Shown one piece after another: positions 38,601-52,374 of a stretch of DNA of 64,000 bases; position 1 is the stretch's first letter; every line of letters starts with the position of its first letter. Made by a program: the position numbers and the translations under genes. The DNA is from Raja brachyura. Taxonomy: Eukaryota. Below the pieces are notes generated by a model. That model saw nothing but the letters and a program-made list of their open reading frames with translations, did no database searches and had not been told where the DNA came from. The DNA lies in the NCBI GenBank assembly GCA_963514005.1, contig OY740811.1, positions 16,492,001 to 16,556,000 on the forward strand, written 5' to 3'.

Positions 38601-41600
38601 TTGTTTAGTTTATTATTATTGTCACATGTACCGAGGTAGAGTGGAAAGCTTTTTTTTGTTGCATCCTATCCATTCAGTGAAAAGGCTATATATGATTACA
38701 TTCAAGCTGTCCACAGTGTGCAAATGCAGGATAAAGGGTAGAATGTTTAATGCAAGATAAAGTCCAGCAAAGTCCAATTAAAGATAGTTTGAAGGTCTCA
38801 GTGAGGTACATGCATATCAGGACTGCTCCCTGGTCCTGATATGCATGTACCTCACTAATATTCAAAAAATATGACTTGAAATTTCCAATGTGCTACTTCT
38901 AAAAAATGAGCTATCAAATTAGAAAGCATAAACGACACTGCTGCAAGTTGTAAGCAGAAGAATCTTTCCTTAATCTTCTCCGTTGTACTAGTCATCGCTC
39001 GACATATCCGTTTATCTACGACTTGTGATTTATTGTGCCTATTTTTAAAGTTTATTTAACAGTCATTATATTTGAATATTCTGGCTGTATACACACACCT
39101 TTTCATATGGATGATAAAGTTAATTCCTGACCTATGCTGTCTCACGTGTTCTTATGCTTAAAATTCATAGGTAAATTTCATATGTTAAGTTGATGCAGTT
39201 TGTAAACTAAATTTACTTGACATTTGTGTCTACATCCATGCTAGGGTTATAAAATGCCTGAGCCATTTAAAAAAATAAAAATAAAGATATAGAGAAAAAG
39301 ATGTTAACATTTAGAATATTCTCAGTTTGTGGCATTCCTGCTATTAGTCAAGAATAAAACTTCACATTTTATTTCACTTTAACTAAAATGTCTCTGGTGT
39401 ACCACAGATCTTCTGTGTGTGAATTGAATAACGAGAACTTTTGGGTATTCTGAAGTTTAAAGTGAACCTTGAAAGGTGACGTTACCTGTAAATAACTTTA
39501 AGCATTGTTAGTTCCTGGCTTGAACAATGTCAATAGTAGTTCATTGACGTCAGGACGCTAAATAAATTGAAGACCTTTATTTACATCAATTTTCCAGTTC
39601 CACGGGACTTGAAATAATCAGTCTGTTACCCAGGAGCACATAACATCACAGTGGGTGCAGTTTGAAGAATAGGCTACCTTAGCCAATATGATTCAAATTG
39701 TTTGCTTTATATAGATTAGTTGCCAAGCACATCATTTGAAGAACTTTAATTAGCTAACCTCATGTGAAGTGTTGACACAAAAAATTCGAAGCAAATACAA
39801 GGCACATATTAGACTTGATTGCACGGTTTTATATATATTTGTCTGAGGAGTCAAGCATCCCTGGAAATTCTTATTGTTGATTTTCCTTTGTATTGAGTGA
39901 ATTATAAGATTCCTTCAGTGATCACTTGGAGTTTAATCAAACCATAGGTCTGCAATACGAAACACTGGGTTGTTGTTTAACACAAGTCTTGTTATTTAAC
40001 TGATTTGCAAGTCGTGGTGGGATGTGAACGTGTAGAATCCTCTGGATTTAAATGTGTTTATATAACAAAAACATTTAAAAAAGGATGCCGGTGCAAATCT
40101 TAGCTGGTAGCATGGCATCTTCAGAGAGAGACCGAGTTATACAAAATTAAGTGATGGTAAGAAAAGAGGCTCCGGAGATGGAAAGAAACCTCCATCCCAG
40201 CCGTGTTAAGACAGGAAGGCATGGGGTTATGGTGAGGATAAATAGATTTTAGAGGATGTCTGCGGAATTGTTATCACCCAGAGTTCCTTTCTAGAATACT
40301 AATGTTGGAGGCAGATACTCAACAATATAAGTAACATCTGAACAAGCACTTGAATCACCAAGACACCGAGGAAGACAGGCCTGGTAAATGGAATTAGTAT
40401 GTCATAAGCTGTATTAGTATGTGATATGGACTGGAGGATCTGTTTCTGGGCTGAGAATCTATTGTCACTATTTCCTGAATTTTCCCTCGTCCTTCGCACA
40501 TCGTTAGCAACACTTGCAAGTTGGACTACTTGCAAAAAAATTTACCAAGTTAGCCACAGCTACAGAGAGAGAGAGAGAGATAAGGGGAGAATCATATGAT
40601 CATTAATATAGCAGCATTGGTCAAAAGGAACAGGTATCACATTGTCAGTTTCTGATAAGTGTTGCTAGGTTCCAAAAAAATATTTTGAGCAGCATCAATT
40701 TGAACAGATCAAAATTGTTAACAGTGGAAAATTGAGTTATAGGTCAATTGTTTAAGATTTCTTGTAGGTTGGTGATGCAGCAGCTAATGAGATTAAATGA
40801 TCTAGGTTCACTCCTGAACTAGAAAGCTATTTATAGAGTTTTCCCAATGATCTTGTCGTTTTCCACTGGGTGCTCTGATTTCACCCACATTCCTAAAATG
40901 TGCTGATGGGTTAATGGCCTACGCTTAAAATAAAATCCTTGCTGGAAATAAGTGGCAGAAGAATCAAAGTAGAGTTGATGATCCAGCAATGGTGTAAGTT
41001 GAAGAGCCGCAGGGCAGCGCCAAGTAGAAATCAGATTGCAGCAGTTTCTAATGTATATCTGGATTACACTTACAATGATCAATGTGATTTTGTTCAAATT
41101 TGTATTGGGATTGTTGCTTGTTGCACACAGTGCTTTACTGATAGGTAGCAGAAAATCCCTCCCGTTATCAGTGTAAATACCAATGATTTTCACAACTCTC
41201 CTAGGATCATAGTAATAAAATAAACAAACAAAGGTTAATTCTCGGGAAAAGCAAAAAGATTGATGGATTTAAAATGTTTCACTAAAATATTCATATCCAC
41301 GATGGCATTTTAAGTACCGAGATGTTTTGTGGTATTCATAAGCATTTGCTTTTGAGTGATGCCATCAATGGATTGAATTACATGCAGATTAGATAGTGAA
41401 ATAGCATTCCAAAGAATATAACTTGTTAGCTTTATATGTATCATTTGTCTATCCTAGATATGAGACCAAAAACAACTTGGTTTATAAACCTGTAATCCTA
41501 AGAACAGAGAACCTTAAATTATTTATGTGTTCCTAATTTCAGTTCTCCATTTCTCAGCATATGTCATCTTATCTATTACTAAATGATCTATTGTGTACAA

Positions 41601-44430
41601 TCCAAGTTTACTAATTTGATTGGAGAAATGCAATGTTAGTGGCCCTGAATGACTCATTTTCGCACTCATTTTCGAGATGCGAAAGCCTGGTAGTGAGTTT
41701 AATCAATTGGCTGTATTTTTTTTAAATTGCGCATCACATTGCAACTCATGGGAGCCTTTTGTGTAGTTTGGCATAATTTCTTTAATAAAGTGTCCGTATT
41801 TTGAGGCATTTATTGGCGCTCAATGCTTTGCCTCCAATTGGAGTTGCCAAAAGCCATTTTACGCCAGTGTGGCCTAACTGCATGCAGCGATTTTTCAAGG
41901 TTCCAGATTTGTCTGCTATTTTTAGTTCCACTACTTTATTCAGTTAGATTAGAGGTACAGCATGGAAATGGGTCCTTTAGTTTAAAGGTGCAGCATGGAA
42001 ATTAGTCCATGCTGACCATTGATCGCCCATCCATACTATTTCATGCTATCACGATTTCCTTTATTTCTGTTAAACGTAACATAAGTAATATCAGGAAATA
42101 TAGTCTGACATCAATTTGGAGACTTAACATGAATATTTAAGAGCAGCCATTTTAAACTGGCAATTCGTTTGTGCACGTATGTTCATTGCAACTGCAATAC
42201 ACTATTAACATGTTCACGCTATATTATTATTTAAATAAGAATAACTCAAAACTATATCCAGTGAGTTGAGCGTGTTAAAGTACAATTATTATTGTACAAT
42301 GATTGATACATTTTTGAAAATTAATTAAAATGGTGTGAAAGCATTTATTGAAAATGGATATGAGGAAATGAAAATTAAAATACATGTCTACACAGCCTCA
42401 CTATTGTATGCAGGAAAACGGAAATACCAATAGTGCGATTCTTTCTTTATATCCATTTGCAATACATGCCCTTGCACTCCTTTTTAATTTAACTGTGGAT
42501 AAATAGACACATTGGAAGCAATATGTAGGCAAGTGGCAAGCATTTGGATACCAGCTGGTATCTGTACGTTTTGCCGATGCGTAAGTCTTTGCTAAAATTG
42601 ATGTCCATTTAGGTTGGTTTTAAACTTACTTCACAAGACATTTTGATATTGGATAATAAGTTCTTCTAATAACATGTTTTGGCAGCTTGTCGTGCAAATT
42701 CTGAAATTTTTTATCCTGTTCCTGAGATTCTCATTCTGAAAATAAATATACTTGCGCTCAAAATATTTAAAGCAGGTCTTAAACCATTGGGATAATATGC
42801 CTAACATCTGATTCAAAATGTACCATATAATTGGTCCGGTTAATGGAAGTTTATAGCATTAGTAACGAGACACGCCCCAAATTTGTTCATCAATCTATGC
42901 AAGAGCAGTGTAGATGTATCATTGAGGAAGTAAAAGTACCATTGCAACTGAGCAAATTGTGCGATTAAAATGAGATGGAGGTCATTTACTACAATGTGCA
43001 GTAAATGGTACTGACAACCCTATGGATTAGATTTTCATCTGATAGCTTTAACCCAGGCATGTTGTTTTATAAAAAGATTAAAGGATTTGATGTCATTCCC
43101 CTAAACACAAGCTTGGTTTAGAATGAGCCAATGAGTTCAGGATGGAAGATAGTTTGTAACAAAGGCTTAATTTCAGTGAAGTACTACTTAGTTGTTCGCT
43201 TCAAATAACACTGGCATCTAGGTGAGTAGGACGGTGATAGCTTGGTCAACCATCAAATTGTAAATTTCATTTGTTTTAGGCACATTCGCCTATTTTTTAG
43301 ATCTAAAATTGTTTTATCTAAAATTTAGTTTTATCTTCAGTTTAAAGATGGTTAAGTTTACCTTTGAAGTTTGATTATTTGAGAAAATGTTGAAAAATAG
43401 GTACCTTGTAATGAAAAGAGGTGTGGTATTGGTCCATTTGGAATTACACATGTCCTTTATGGTATGTATATTTAGATAAAGAGACTCTAGCAGAGTTGTT
43501 GGTTTCTCGGTGTTTAACAAAATGGCATACGTTTCTAAATTGATTAGATTATTTTCCGAAGTTTGGTTAGTTTGTCCAAAAATGATATTCAGTAATAGTT
43601 ATATTTAGGAGCCTTCTCATTGTTCCACCTGAATGCCAACTTTCATTTGTTTTGCCATAAAGAGAGAGTAAATATAAATTTAAGGCAATAACTGGATTTG
43701 GGTCATGGATTGCCACGTTTGTATAATCAGCAAGTTTTTGTTTAAACCGATTTGGCTTAACAGTGAAAGTGACAGCCCTTAACCTTGAGTGAATTATTGT
43801 TGAGAAGACTCTGCCATTCACACTTAGTGAATGCTCTAGACTATACAAAATTGTTGAACCATTGGGGTGAACTTCTATTTAGAACTCCATAAAAAGAATA
43901 GTAAGTATGTAACTAAGTTTACTCTGGTGAGGTAGAGGGAATCCTGATTCATATGGTGCTGGCACTGGATTGCACTCTTCTGCCCTTGACTGCCGTGCAT
44001 TTAAAGGAGCGTAATGTATAATTCTGGAATGGTTATGTGGTTCGTGTTATCTGCAAAATTAGTAATACATTTTAACTGCCTGGAAAATATGGAATCAAAT
44101 TTGCTCTCAGCAAAGCTTAAAATGTTGATTGTAATTTTACCCTTGGATTCTGTTTGCATTATTGATGACTAAAATTAAATATTTCCTACAGTACAACACA
44201 TTCCAATAAAATTCCATTAAATTAAAATGTTTTATAGTTTCATGTTTTTAACTTGATTCCCCTGTTTTACTTTTGTTAAAATAAAATGTAAACATGGAGT
44301 GAAAGGACAAGATTATATGAATTATCTAAATGTTTTTTCTAATCATTGATTATCTTCAGTTAGTAACTTGCTTCTGTTTATTTTTAAGATATTGGGAGTG
44401 TTGCAGTGGAGGCAAGCTTAGTGCAGGAAA

Positions 44431-44487
44431 ATGAGTGAGCTGGAGCAGTTACGTCAGGAGGCTGAGCAACTGAAGAATCAGATCCGA
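44431..44487 (+). CDS. GNB1: G protein beta-1, coding exon 1 (exon begins about 44389 with 42 nt of UTR)
   Basis: MSELEQLRQEAEQLKNQIR; acceptor TTTTTAAG ending 44388; donor GTGAGT at 44488; 57 nt. Confidence 0.97.
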
Positions 44488-44564
44488 GTGAGTATTATCT
44501 CTGGCATGTCAGCAGTTACGTTATGTTCCAATTTTTACAAATTAAATGAGTGGGAAAGTGATTG

Positions 44565-44780
44565 TAGTTTAGAGATATGGTGTGGACACTGGCCCGTCGG
44601 CCCACCAAGTCCACACCGACCATCGACCACCTGTTCACACTCTACTTCTGTTATCCCATTTTCTCATCCACTCCCTATATACCTGAGGCAATTTAGAGAC
44701 CAATTAACCAATAAACGTGTCTTTGGGATGTGGGAGAAAACTGGAGCACAGGCGGGAGAACATGCAAACTCCATACAATA
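44565..44780 (-). mobile_element. V-domain SINE (HE1-like) fragment in a GNB1 intron
   Basis: TCTTTGGGATGTGGGAGAAAACTGGAGCAC...GGGAGAACATGCAAACTCC; similar to 4250-4570. Confidence 0.75.
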
Positions 44781-44829
44781 CCTACAATACAAAGAATGTA
44801 ATCGGAGAATACTGTCTCCAACTACATTC

Positions 44830-44953
44830 TATCTTTGTCCCGCACCCTCCCTGACATCAGTCTGAAGAAGGGTCTCGACCCGAAACGTCACCCATTCCTT
44901 CTCTCCAGAGATGCTGCCTGACCCGCTGAGTTACTCCAGCATTTGTGTCTACC
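44830..44953 (+). mobile_element. PLE terminal repeat with intact hammerhead core (44862-44889), sense to GNB1
   Basis: CAGT-CTGAAGA-A-GGGTCTCGACCC-GAAAC-GTC-ACCCATTCCTTCTCTCCAGAGATGCTGCCTGACCCGCTGAGTTACTCCAGCA. Confidence 0.85.
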
Positions 44954-45133
44954 CAGGACAGATCATCCCGGATGTTAACTATGTTAAATCATGTTGGATT
45001 AATGCTATGCGATATTGATGTTTCTGTTTGGTGTATTATTATCACGTGTACCAAGGTACAGTGAAAAGCTTTTGTTTGGACTTTTATTGGAATGTGTTGT
45101 ATTTTTATTTACTGTCTTGTCATTCCTTTTCAG

Positions 45134-45172
45134 GATGCCAGAAAAGCATGCGCGGATGCTACTTTGGCCCAG
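45134..45172 (+). CDS. GNB1: G protein beta-1, coding exon 2
   Basis: DARKACADATLAQ; CCTTTTCAG|...|GTAATG; 39 nt. Confidence 0.97.
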
Positions 45173-46625
45173 GTAATGAGCTTAGAGATGCTCAGAATTT
45201 TGTTCCACGTTTTTTTAAATTTCGCACTTGTATTGATGCCTTTCCAGCCGTTGTCCAAATTTTTGTCTATTGTTAATTCTGGACACCAATTAGGGATGAC
45301 AAAATGTAAGGGAATGAAGATGCTGCACGAAAAATTAAAAATTATTTTCATGAAATAAATAATATATTTTAAAGTTGAATATAATGAAACCTAAGGCTCT
45401 TACAGTTGCTATTAAGAAATGCTACGTCATATGGGACATGAATCAGATTTTTTTCTTGGGGATATTAGCAAAAATGTTACTAAAACAAATATCTGTAAAG
45501 TGGCAATCAAGGCAGAGACTAGAATTTGAAATAATTGAATTATTAGTTTATGAAGAGGGAAATGGTGCAGTTTTATTTCCAAATGAAAATGACATAGTTT
45601 GCAGCTTGTCCTATAAATGGGAGTTATATAGGTCATACTGCTGAATTACCCAGATATTTAGAGGTTGGTGAAATATTTGTTTGTTTTCCTTTTAAAGCCT
45701 GGTTTTCTGGGAACACGCACAATATCAGCAACATTTTTTGATGTGTTCATGCTCTCGAGATATTCACTTCTTTCTGTATTAAGTCAATTTGCTATTTTCT
45801 TACCATCCCACTTTTAAATTGAATCTTGTGCGCTTTGAATCATAGCAGGAATATGTGGAGAAAATATATTTAGTTTCAATTGAATGAATTTTCACTTAGT
45901 AATGTGATGGGTCTTTTTTCCATGAAAAGTTTCAGGGTGCATAATGTTACAATTAATCTATTTCTGAAGTTATGAGTGAGTAATATAGGATAAGTTTTTA
46001 TGGAATGATTTTAAATGCCAAATAAAGACAGGATATGTTCAGCCAACATAGCCTGTCTAGTCCACTTAGCCACTGAAATTAACTTGCAGAAAAGAGCAAT
46101 GATTTAGAAATATTAAACTGCCAATCTCAGCATCAATCAGCCACTTGTTCCACAATTTTTCCAGCTTGCTGGGTTTCAATCATTTTGGTTTGGCTTTGTT
46201 ATTATCCTTGGGTGCTTAATGGTGTAATGTTCAATACACTAGGTCAAGTAACTTTCCTGCCATTTCTTTTAAACTTTCAGATTTGAGAATTGGATTAGGG
46301 AAAAATATTTTGAGTTTGATATGCAGTATAGTCTTAAAAGCTTGAATATGAAGAGTTATGGTGGTTAAAAAGATCAGCTGAAAGTCCATCAGCAAATGTA
46401 CATGTTATTCTTCCCATAAGGACCTATGTGTGGACAAATATGGCATTTTATTCGTAGAAATTTTGAATTTTTTTTTAAAAAAAGAAGAAAATACACACTT
46501 TTCTGACTGCTAAGACTCTTTCAGAAACTGGATGTTTATGGATTGGTGGGTATAGGGATGGCTAATAAATTGAGAAATAATTGATAAAGATTGGCTGATC
46601 AAAGGTTATTGTTGTTCCTTTGTAG

Positions 46626-46763
<138 letters not shown>

Positions 46764-48712
46764 TAAGATTGATTTAAATGAATATTGACCATGTAGAACA
46801 GCAGTGATGCATAAAATAAGTTAATTAGGGAAGAGGCTGCAAATAGTCTAGTCATTGGCACAGCAATGTTTTAAATGGAATTTTGTTGCAGGTAATATAT
46901 TCCCAAAAGGTCTCTCTTCATTACCTAATGACTGAAGGGAATCCAGTGCTCAACATCAACAATTACATGTTTTTTTTTGGTTGCAAAAACACATGAATTA
47001 TTAATCATATAATTCATAATGCAACACCACCAAGGTTTGAAATGATTGATTTAGAAGAGACGAAATGTACTTTTGTATAATCCATTTAAGTCCCTTTCTT
47101 CACGAATGATACAACAAAATGATTAAACCACAAATTTTCTGTATACATTGCAAGCATAGCAATGACGGGAAAGTCTAGTTGATAAGATCAATGCAATAAT
47201 TATTTTTAATGCAAAACTTGTTTGGTTGCATTCATATTTATACCTATTGTAGTAATCCATACCATCAAACCGGATTTGCTGAAATGGGAGATGGTAAATG
47301 AAGCCAAAGCTTAAATAACAAGTTTACTTCTAATGCTACATAACATGTTAGAATTTAATTTGGTTTGTCGTATTATGACATTTTATTCTTAACATATTAC
47401 TTCCTGGAGTCATATACGCGGTGATACATAAAATCTCTTCATCACATTGCTTTGTAGTCGTACAGCACATAAATGAGCCTTTAATCCACCACTTCCATGG
47501 TAAACATTGTCCATCTTCACAAATCCCATTTGGGTCTAATTGGACCATATCCTTTCTTTCCTTATGGAAGTGTGTGCAAATGTGGACTATTAAATATAGT
47601 GATTATATCTTATTCCGCTGTCCTCTCTGGTGGCTTTTCAGTTATCAATTACTCTGTACAAAAATGAATTGCCCAAAACTCCCATTATAAACCTTGTTTT
47701 TGCTATGCCCACCATGGGCGGAAAAGATTTTTGACCATCCACCCTATCTGTGCATCTCGTAATCTTGCATTTATCTGGTTGCCCATCAGCTCCTTCTCTT
47801 CAGGAACAACTTGATTGAGAGATGGCAGAGCTTTTTTGATGATTGTAACTTGGTCGAATCATGATTCGCAGACTTGCAGATTGTACTCTGAAGCTCAAAC
47901 TGCTCTGGAGTTACAGCAACTCCTTACGTCTTTTTATCAATACCTCTACCTTCCAGGCTAGCTTTGAGCATGGTTTTTCTATCTCTTTTTTATGAATATC
48001 AAAGCTTTCCTTGCTTTACATTGCTTTGAAATAGGATCTTCGGCATGTACAAACCTTGCATTCAGGTTCTGTGGCCAGCCATGCTGATAGAAGCACTGTA
48101 TAATACGTTACAACAGTAACCACGCTTCAGTAGTGAATTGCTGACTATAAATATCTCAATGACCTGATATCATGAAAGATGCTACAGAACTCAAAGTTTA
48201 TCTTTCACATAAAGAACGGTTAAGACATCCAGATTTAAATTGTAAATGCACAAACTAAATTGGCAGCTAATTAAAGTGAGGCAGGTGTAGATTGGTCCAT
48301 TGGGGAAACTTAACTGCTATGTGATAAGATGCACATGCACCTGAGAACTCAACAGGGAATGGGATTATCCATCTGTAAATAACCATTATGACCCAGCATT
48401 TCTGCAAAATTTAAAATAGCAATCAAAGTAATAAGCCTTGCCCTTATTGTGCAGAATAGATGCAATTTGGCTTCAATCTATCAATGGCTGCTTATTTTCA
48501 GTTGCAGAAAAATGGATGTTTCAAAATAAAAATCATGAATGCATCAGTTCCTTTCGAATACATTTTAATAAACATTCCATTGCTTGCTCAGCAGAGGCCT
48601 CTTGCACTAGGGTGATTTGCTGTTTACCCATTCAAGTTGTTTGTGGCTTTGTATCATGAAAATAACACATGACACACAAAGTGCTTTTTGTAAATCAGGT
48701 GTTTTCAATGTA

Positions 48713-50458
48713 CAGTGCCCTCCATAATGTTTGGGACAAAGACCCATCATTTATTTATTTGCCTCTGTACTCCACTATTTGAGATTTGTAATAGACAAAA
48801 TCACATGTGGTTAAAGTGCACATTGTCAAATTTTATTAAATGCCATTTTTATACATTTTGATTTCACCACGTGGAAATTACAGCTGTGTTTATACATAGT
48901 CCCCCCATTTCAGGGCACCAGATTGTTTGGGACACATGGCTTTACAGACGTTCGTAATTGCTCAGCTGTGGTTAATTTAATGCAGGTATAAGAGAGCTCT
49001 CAACACCTAGTCCTTCCTCCAGTCTTTCCATCGCCTTTGGAAACTTTTATTGCTGTTTATCAACATGAGGACCAAAGTTGTGCCAATGAAAGTCAAAGAA
49101 ACCATTATGAGACTGAGAACCAAGAATAAAACTGTTAGAGATATCAGCCGAATCTTAGGCTTACCAAAATCAGCTGTTTGGGACATCATTAAGAAGAAAG
49201 AGAGCACTGGGTAGCTTACTAATCACGAAGGGACTGGCAGGCCAAGGAAGACCTCCACAGCTAATGACAGAAGAATTCTCTCTATAATAAAGAAAAATCC
49301 TCAAACACCTGTCCGATAGATCAGAAACACTCTTCAGGAGTCGGGTGTGGATTTGTCAATGGCCATTGTCCACAGAACACTTGATGAACTGAAATGCAGA
49401 GGCTACACTGCAAGATGCAAAACGCTGGTTAGTGGGAAAAATAGGATGGCCCGTTTACAGTTTGCCCAGAAGTGCTTAAAAAAGCAACCGCAGTTCTGGA
49501 AAAGGATCTTGTGGGCAGATGAGACTGAGATTAACTTGTATCAGAGTGATGGCAGGAGCAAAGTATGGAGGAGAGATGGAACTGCCCAAGATCCAAAGCA
49601 TACCACCTCATCTGCGAAACACAGTGGTGGGCATGTATGGCTACTGAAGGTAATGGTTCGCATTTCTTCATTGATGATACAACTGCTGATGGTAGTAGCT
49701 GGATGAATTCTGAAGTGCATAGACACATCCTATCTGCTCAAGTTCAAACAAATGCCTCAAATCTCATTGGCTGGCAGTTCATTCTACAGCAAGACAATGA
49801 TCGCAAACATATTGCTAAAGCAACAAAGGAGTTTTTCAAAGCTTTAAAAAATGGTTGATTCTTGAGTGACCCGATCTGAACCCAATTGAGCATGCCCTTT
49901 ATATGGTGAAGAGAAAACTGAAGGGTACTAGCCCCCAAAAAAAGCACAAGTTAAAGATGGCTGGGTATTACAGGCCTGGCAGAGCATCACCAGAGAAGAC
50001 ACCAGCAATGGATGAAGTCCATGAATTGCTGACTTTAAGCAGTCATTGCATGCAAAGAATATGCAGCATAATACTAAACATGACTACTGTTGTTGACATT
50101 CAATTGCTGTGTCCCAAACATTATGGTGCCCTGAAATGGGGGGGAATACATAAACATTGCTGTAATTTCTGCATGGTGTAACCAAAATGTATAAAAATGG
50201 CCTTTATTAAAATCTGACAATGTGCACTTTAACCATGGGGGGGGGGGGTTTCTCTTACAAATCTCAAATTGTGGAGTACAGAGGCAAATTAATAATTTTT
50301 TAAGAAGGAACTGCAGATGCTGGAAAATCGAAGATAGACAAAAGTGCTGGAGAAACTCAGCGGGTGCGGCAGCATCTATGGAGCGAAGGAAAAAGGCAAC
50401 GTTTCGGAAGGAAACCCTTCTTCAGACTAATTAATTAAAAATTAATAAATGATGGGTC
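48713..50458 (+). mobile_element. Second decayed Tc1-family transposon (different family), right TIR interrupted and truncated
   Basis: TA-CAGTGCCCTCCATAATGTTTGGGACA; about 220-bp left TIR matched by 50108-50458. Transposase remnant 49065-50077 has ILWADE, QQDND and PDLNPIEH. Confidence 0.93.
50296..50438 (-). mobile_element. PLE terminal repeat inserted inside the Tc1 right TIR
   Basis: AAGAAGGAACTGCAGATGCTGG...ACGTTTCGG...CCCTTCTTCAGAC flanked by the 10-bp direct repeat AAATTAATAA (50286-50295 and 50439-50448). Confidence 0.85.
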
Positions 50459-51211
50459 CAGAACTGGACAAGTTTTTCCTATACAAAATGAAAATGAGCA
50501 ATGAGATTTTTTTTTAAAAGCCTACTAAGAATGAAATTAGTTTTGGTTATGTGTTAGTCCTTTGCTTTTATAACAAAATTTTAAACTCTTGATAATTAAT
50601 GACGCACAAGAGAAGATCTCTGGTGAACAGCTGCACATGTGGGAATTATTTACTGCTAAGAAAGTTTCTCTATTGTGATAACATTTGAATAAGAATGTGA
50701 TTAGTGTTATTCAGCGACATTAGTAAATTGTACTGCTGCCCGAATACCATGTGCAATAATGCACCAAATTCAAGCTGCCTAATTGCATCTAGTATATCGT
50801 TATTAAACATACATTTCTAGCAATATTTAGTATTTATGTTCAAAGCTTAACCTATTATTTAATACAATTTTTTTTAATAACAAATCTTTTAAAATCTAAT
50901 TCCAAGAGTTTGGTATTGAAATCCTTTAGTGTTGAATCGCATGGATCCTCGTTCACTGAATCTGCAATTGCAAAGATAAATTTGCCATGCGAAAGGCCAT
51001 TTTTCAAAATTGAGTTATTCAACATATTCAATTTTCGGCTTTTTTTGCCGTTGGTGGTGAAGAAAAATCATTTGGGTCAATTTGTGTTGTAACGTTCTAA
51101 CCTAAAGTAACACCAGATATCATTCATGTGATTTGCTATTAATTGAATGATAGGATATACATGAATTGTAAAAAAAAGGAATTTTAAAACATGATTAAAC
51201 AATTCAGATAA

Positions 51212-51328
<117 letters not shown>

Positions 51329-51766
51329 TGAAATTTCAAATTGAATTTGCTTTAAAGTTTCCAAGGCTACACTTTTGATTTTATATATAAGCTTTCAAAA
51401 TATGTCTTTGAATTATTAAACAATTTAAAGTGATCTCTGGAGACTGTCAGATGGAAAAATAATCGCCCTGGTATAAGTAAATAATAAAAACAGAGCATTA
51501 GATTTGATCCTTATCAGCAAACAAATTGACACTACATTTTTATGTAGTTGTGTGTCTTGTTGCTTTTTTTGGTATGACTATGGCAAAATCAAATTCTTTG
51601 TATGTAGCAAAACGGACTTGGCTAATAAATTAATTGCGATTATGATGAATGAGATCAGGCTAGGTTATCACCTCTTGCTTCCCCGTATTCTATAATGAGA
51701 AGTTTTGTTCATTTTTGATATAGTCCGACCCCCCCCTTTTTTTTTAAAGCTGTAATTACCTATAAC

Positions 51767-52374
51767 CAGGCATGATATTCTTACGATTTAAATCTGAATT
51801 CCGATTTTTTTGTTTTTGTTTTCCTATTTGTCCATTTTTTGTGCCTGATTATTTGGCGGAAAATCAACCGCTGTCTCTAAGGAGGGTGCGTCCAATCACC
51901 GACCAGCTTCCCTTAAAATTCCCATACAATCAACAAATTAGTCTCCCGTCCAATCAGCCGCTGTCTCCAAGGGCGTTGTGTCCAATCACATAATGTGCCG
52001 GTCACTCGGCAGCCAATCACCGACCAGCATCCCTTACTGAAGCAGAAGATGGCTTGTAGCCAAAATCAATTTTTCTGTGCTAGGTAAAGAGACATTTCAG
52101 GTAACATGTTTTGTAAAGATTTTTTTGCTGTATGAAGTCATTTATTTCATCAAATATTTACCTTTTCGGGGTTATTTTGCTGGTTGTGTGTTAGAAAAAT
52201 TCTAAACTTCTGTTATGTAAACTACCAGCAGAAAGCTTGGGAATCGCTTTCAATTTATTGAAAATCCAAGAGCCCCCTGAACCCCCACTGGTGGGGGGGG
52301 GGGGGGGCTAACCGGCTTCCTGGACCAGCAGCCAATATTTCCTACTTTTTTTATGGACGTGAATATCATGCCTG
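51767..52374. mobile_element. Non-autonomous hAT-like DNA element with 14-bp TIRs and a 6-bp TSD
   Basis: TATAAC-CAGGCATGATATTC ... GAATATCATGCCTG-TATAAC. Confidence 0.8.
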
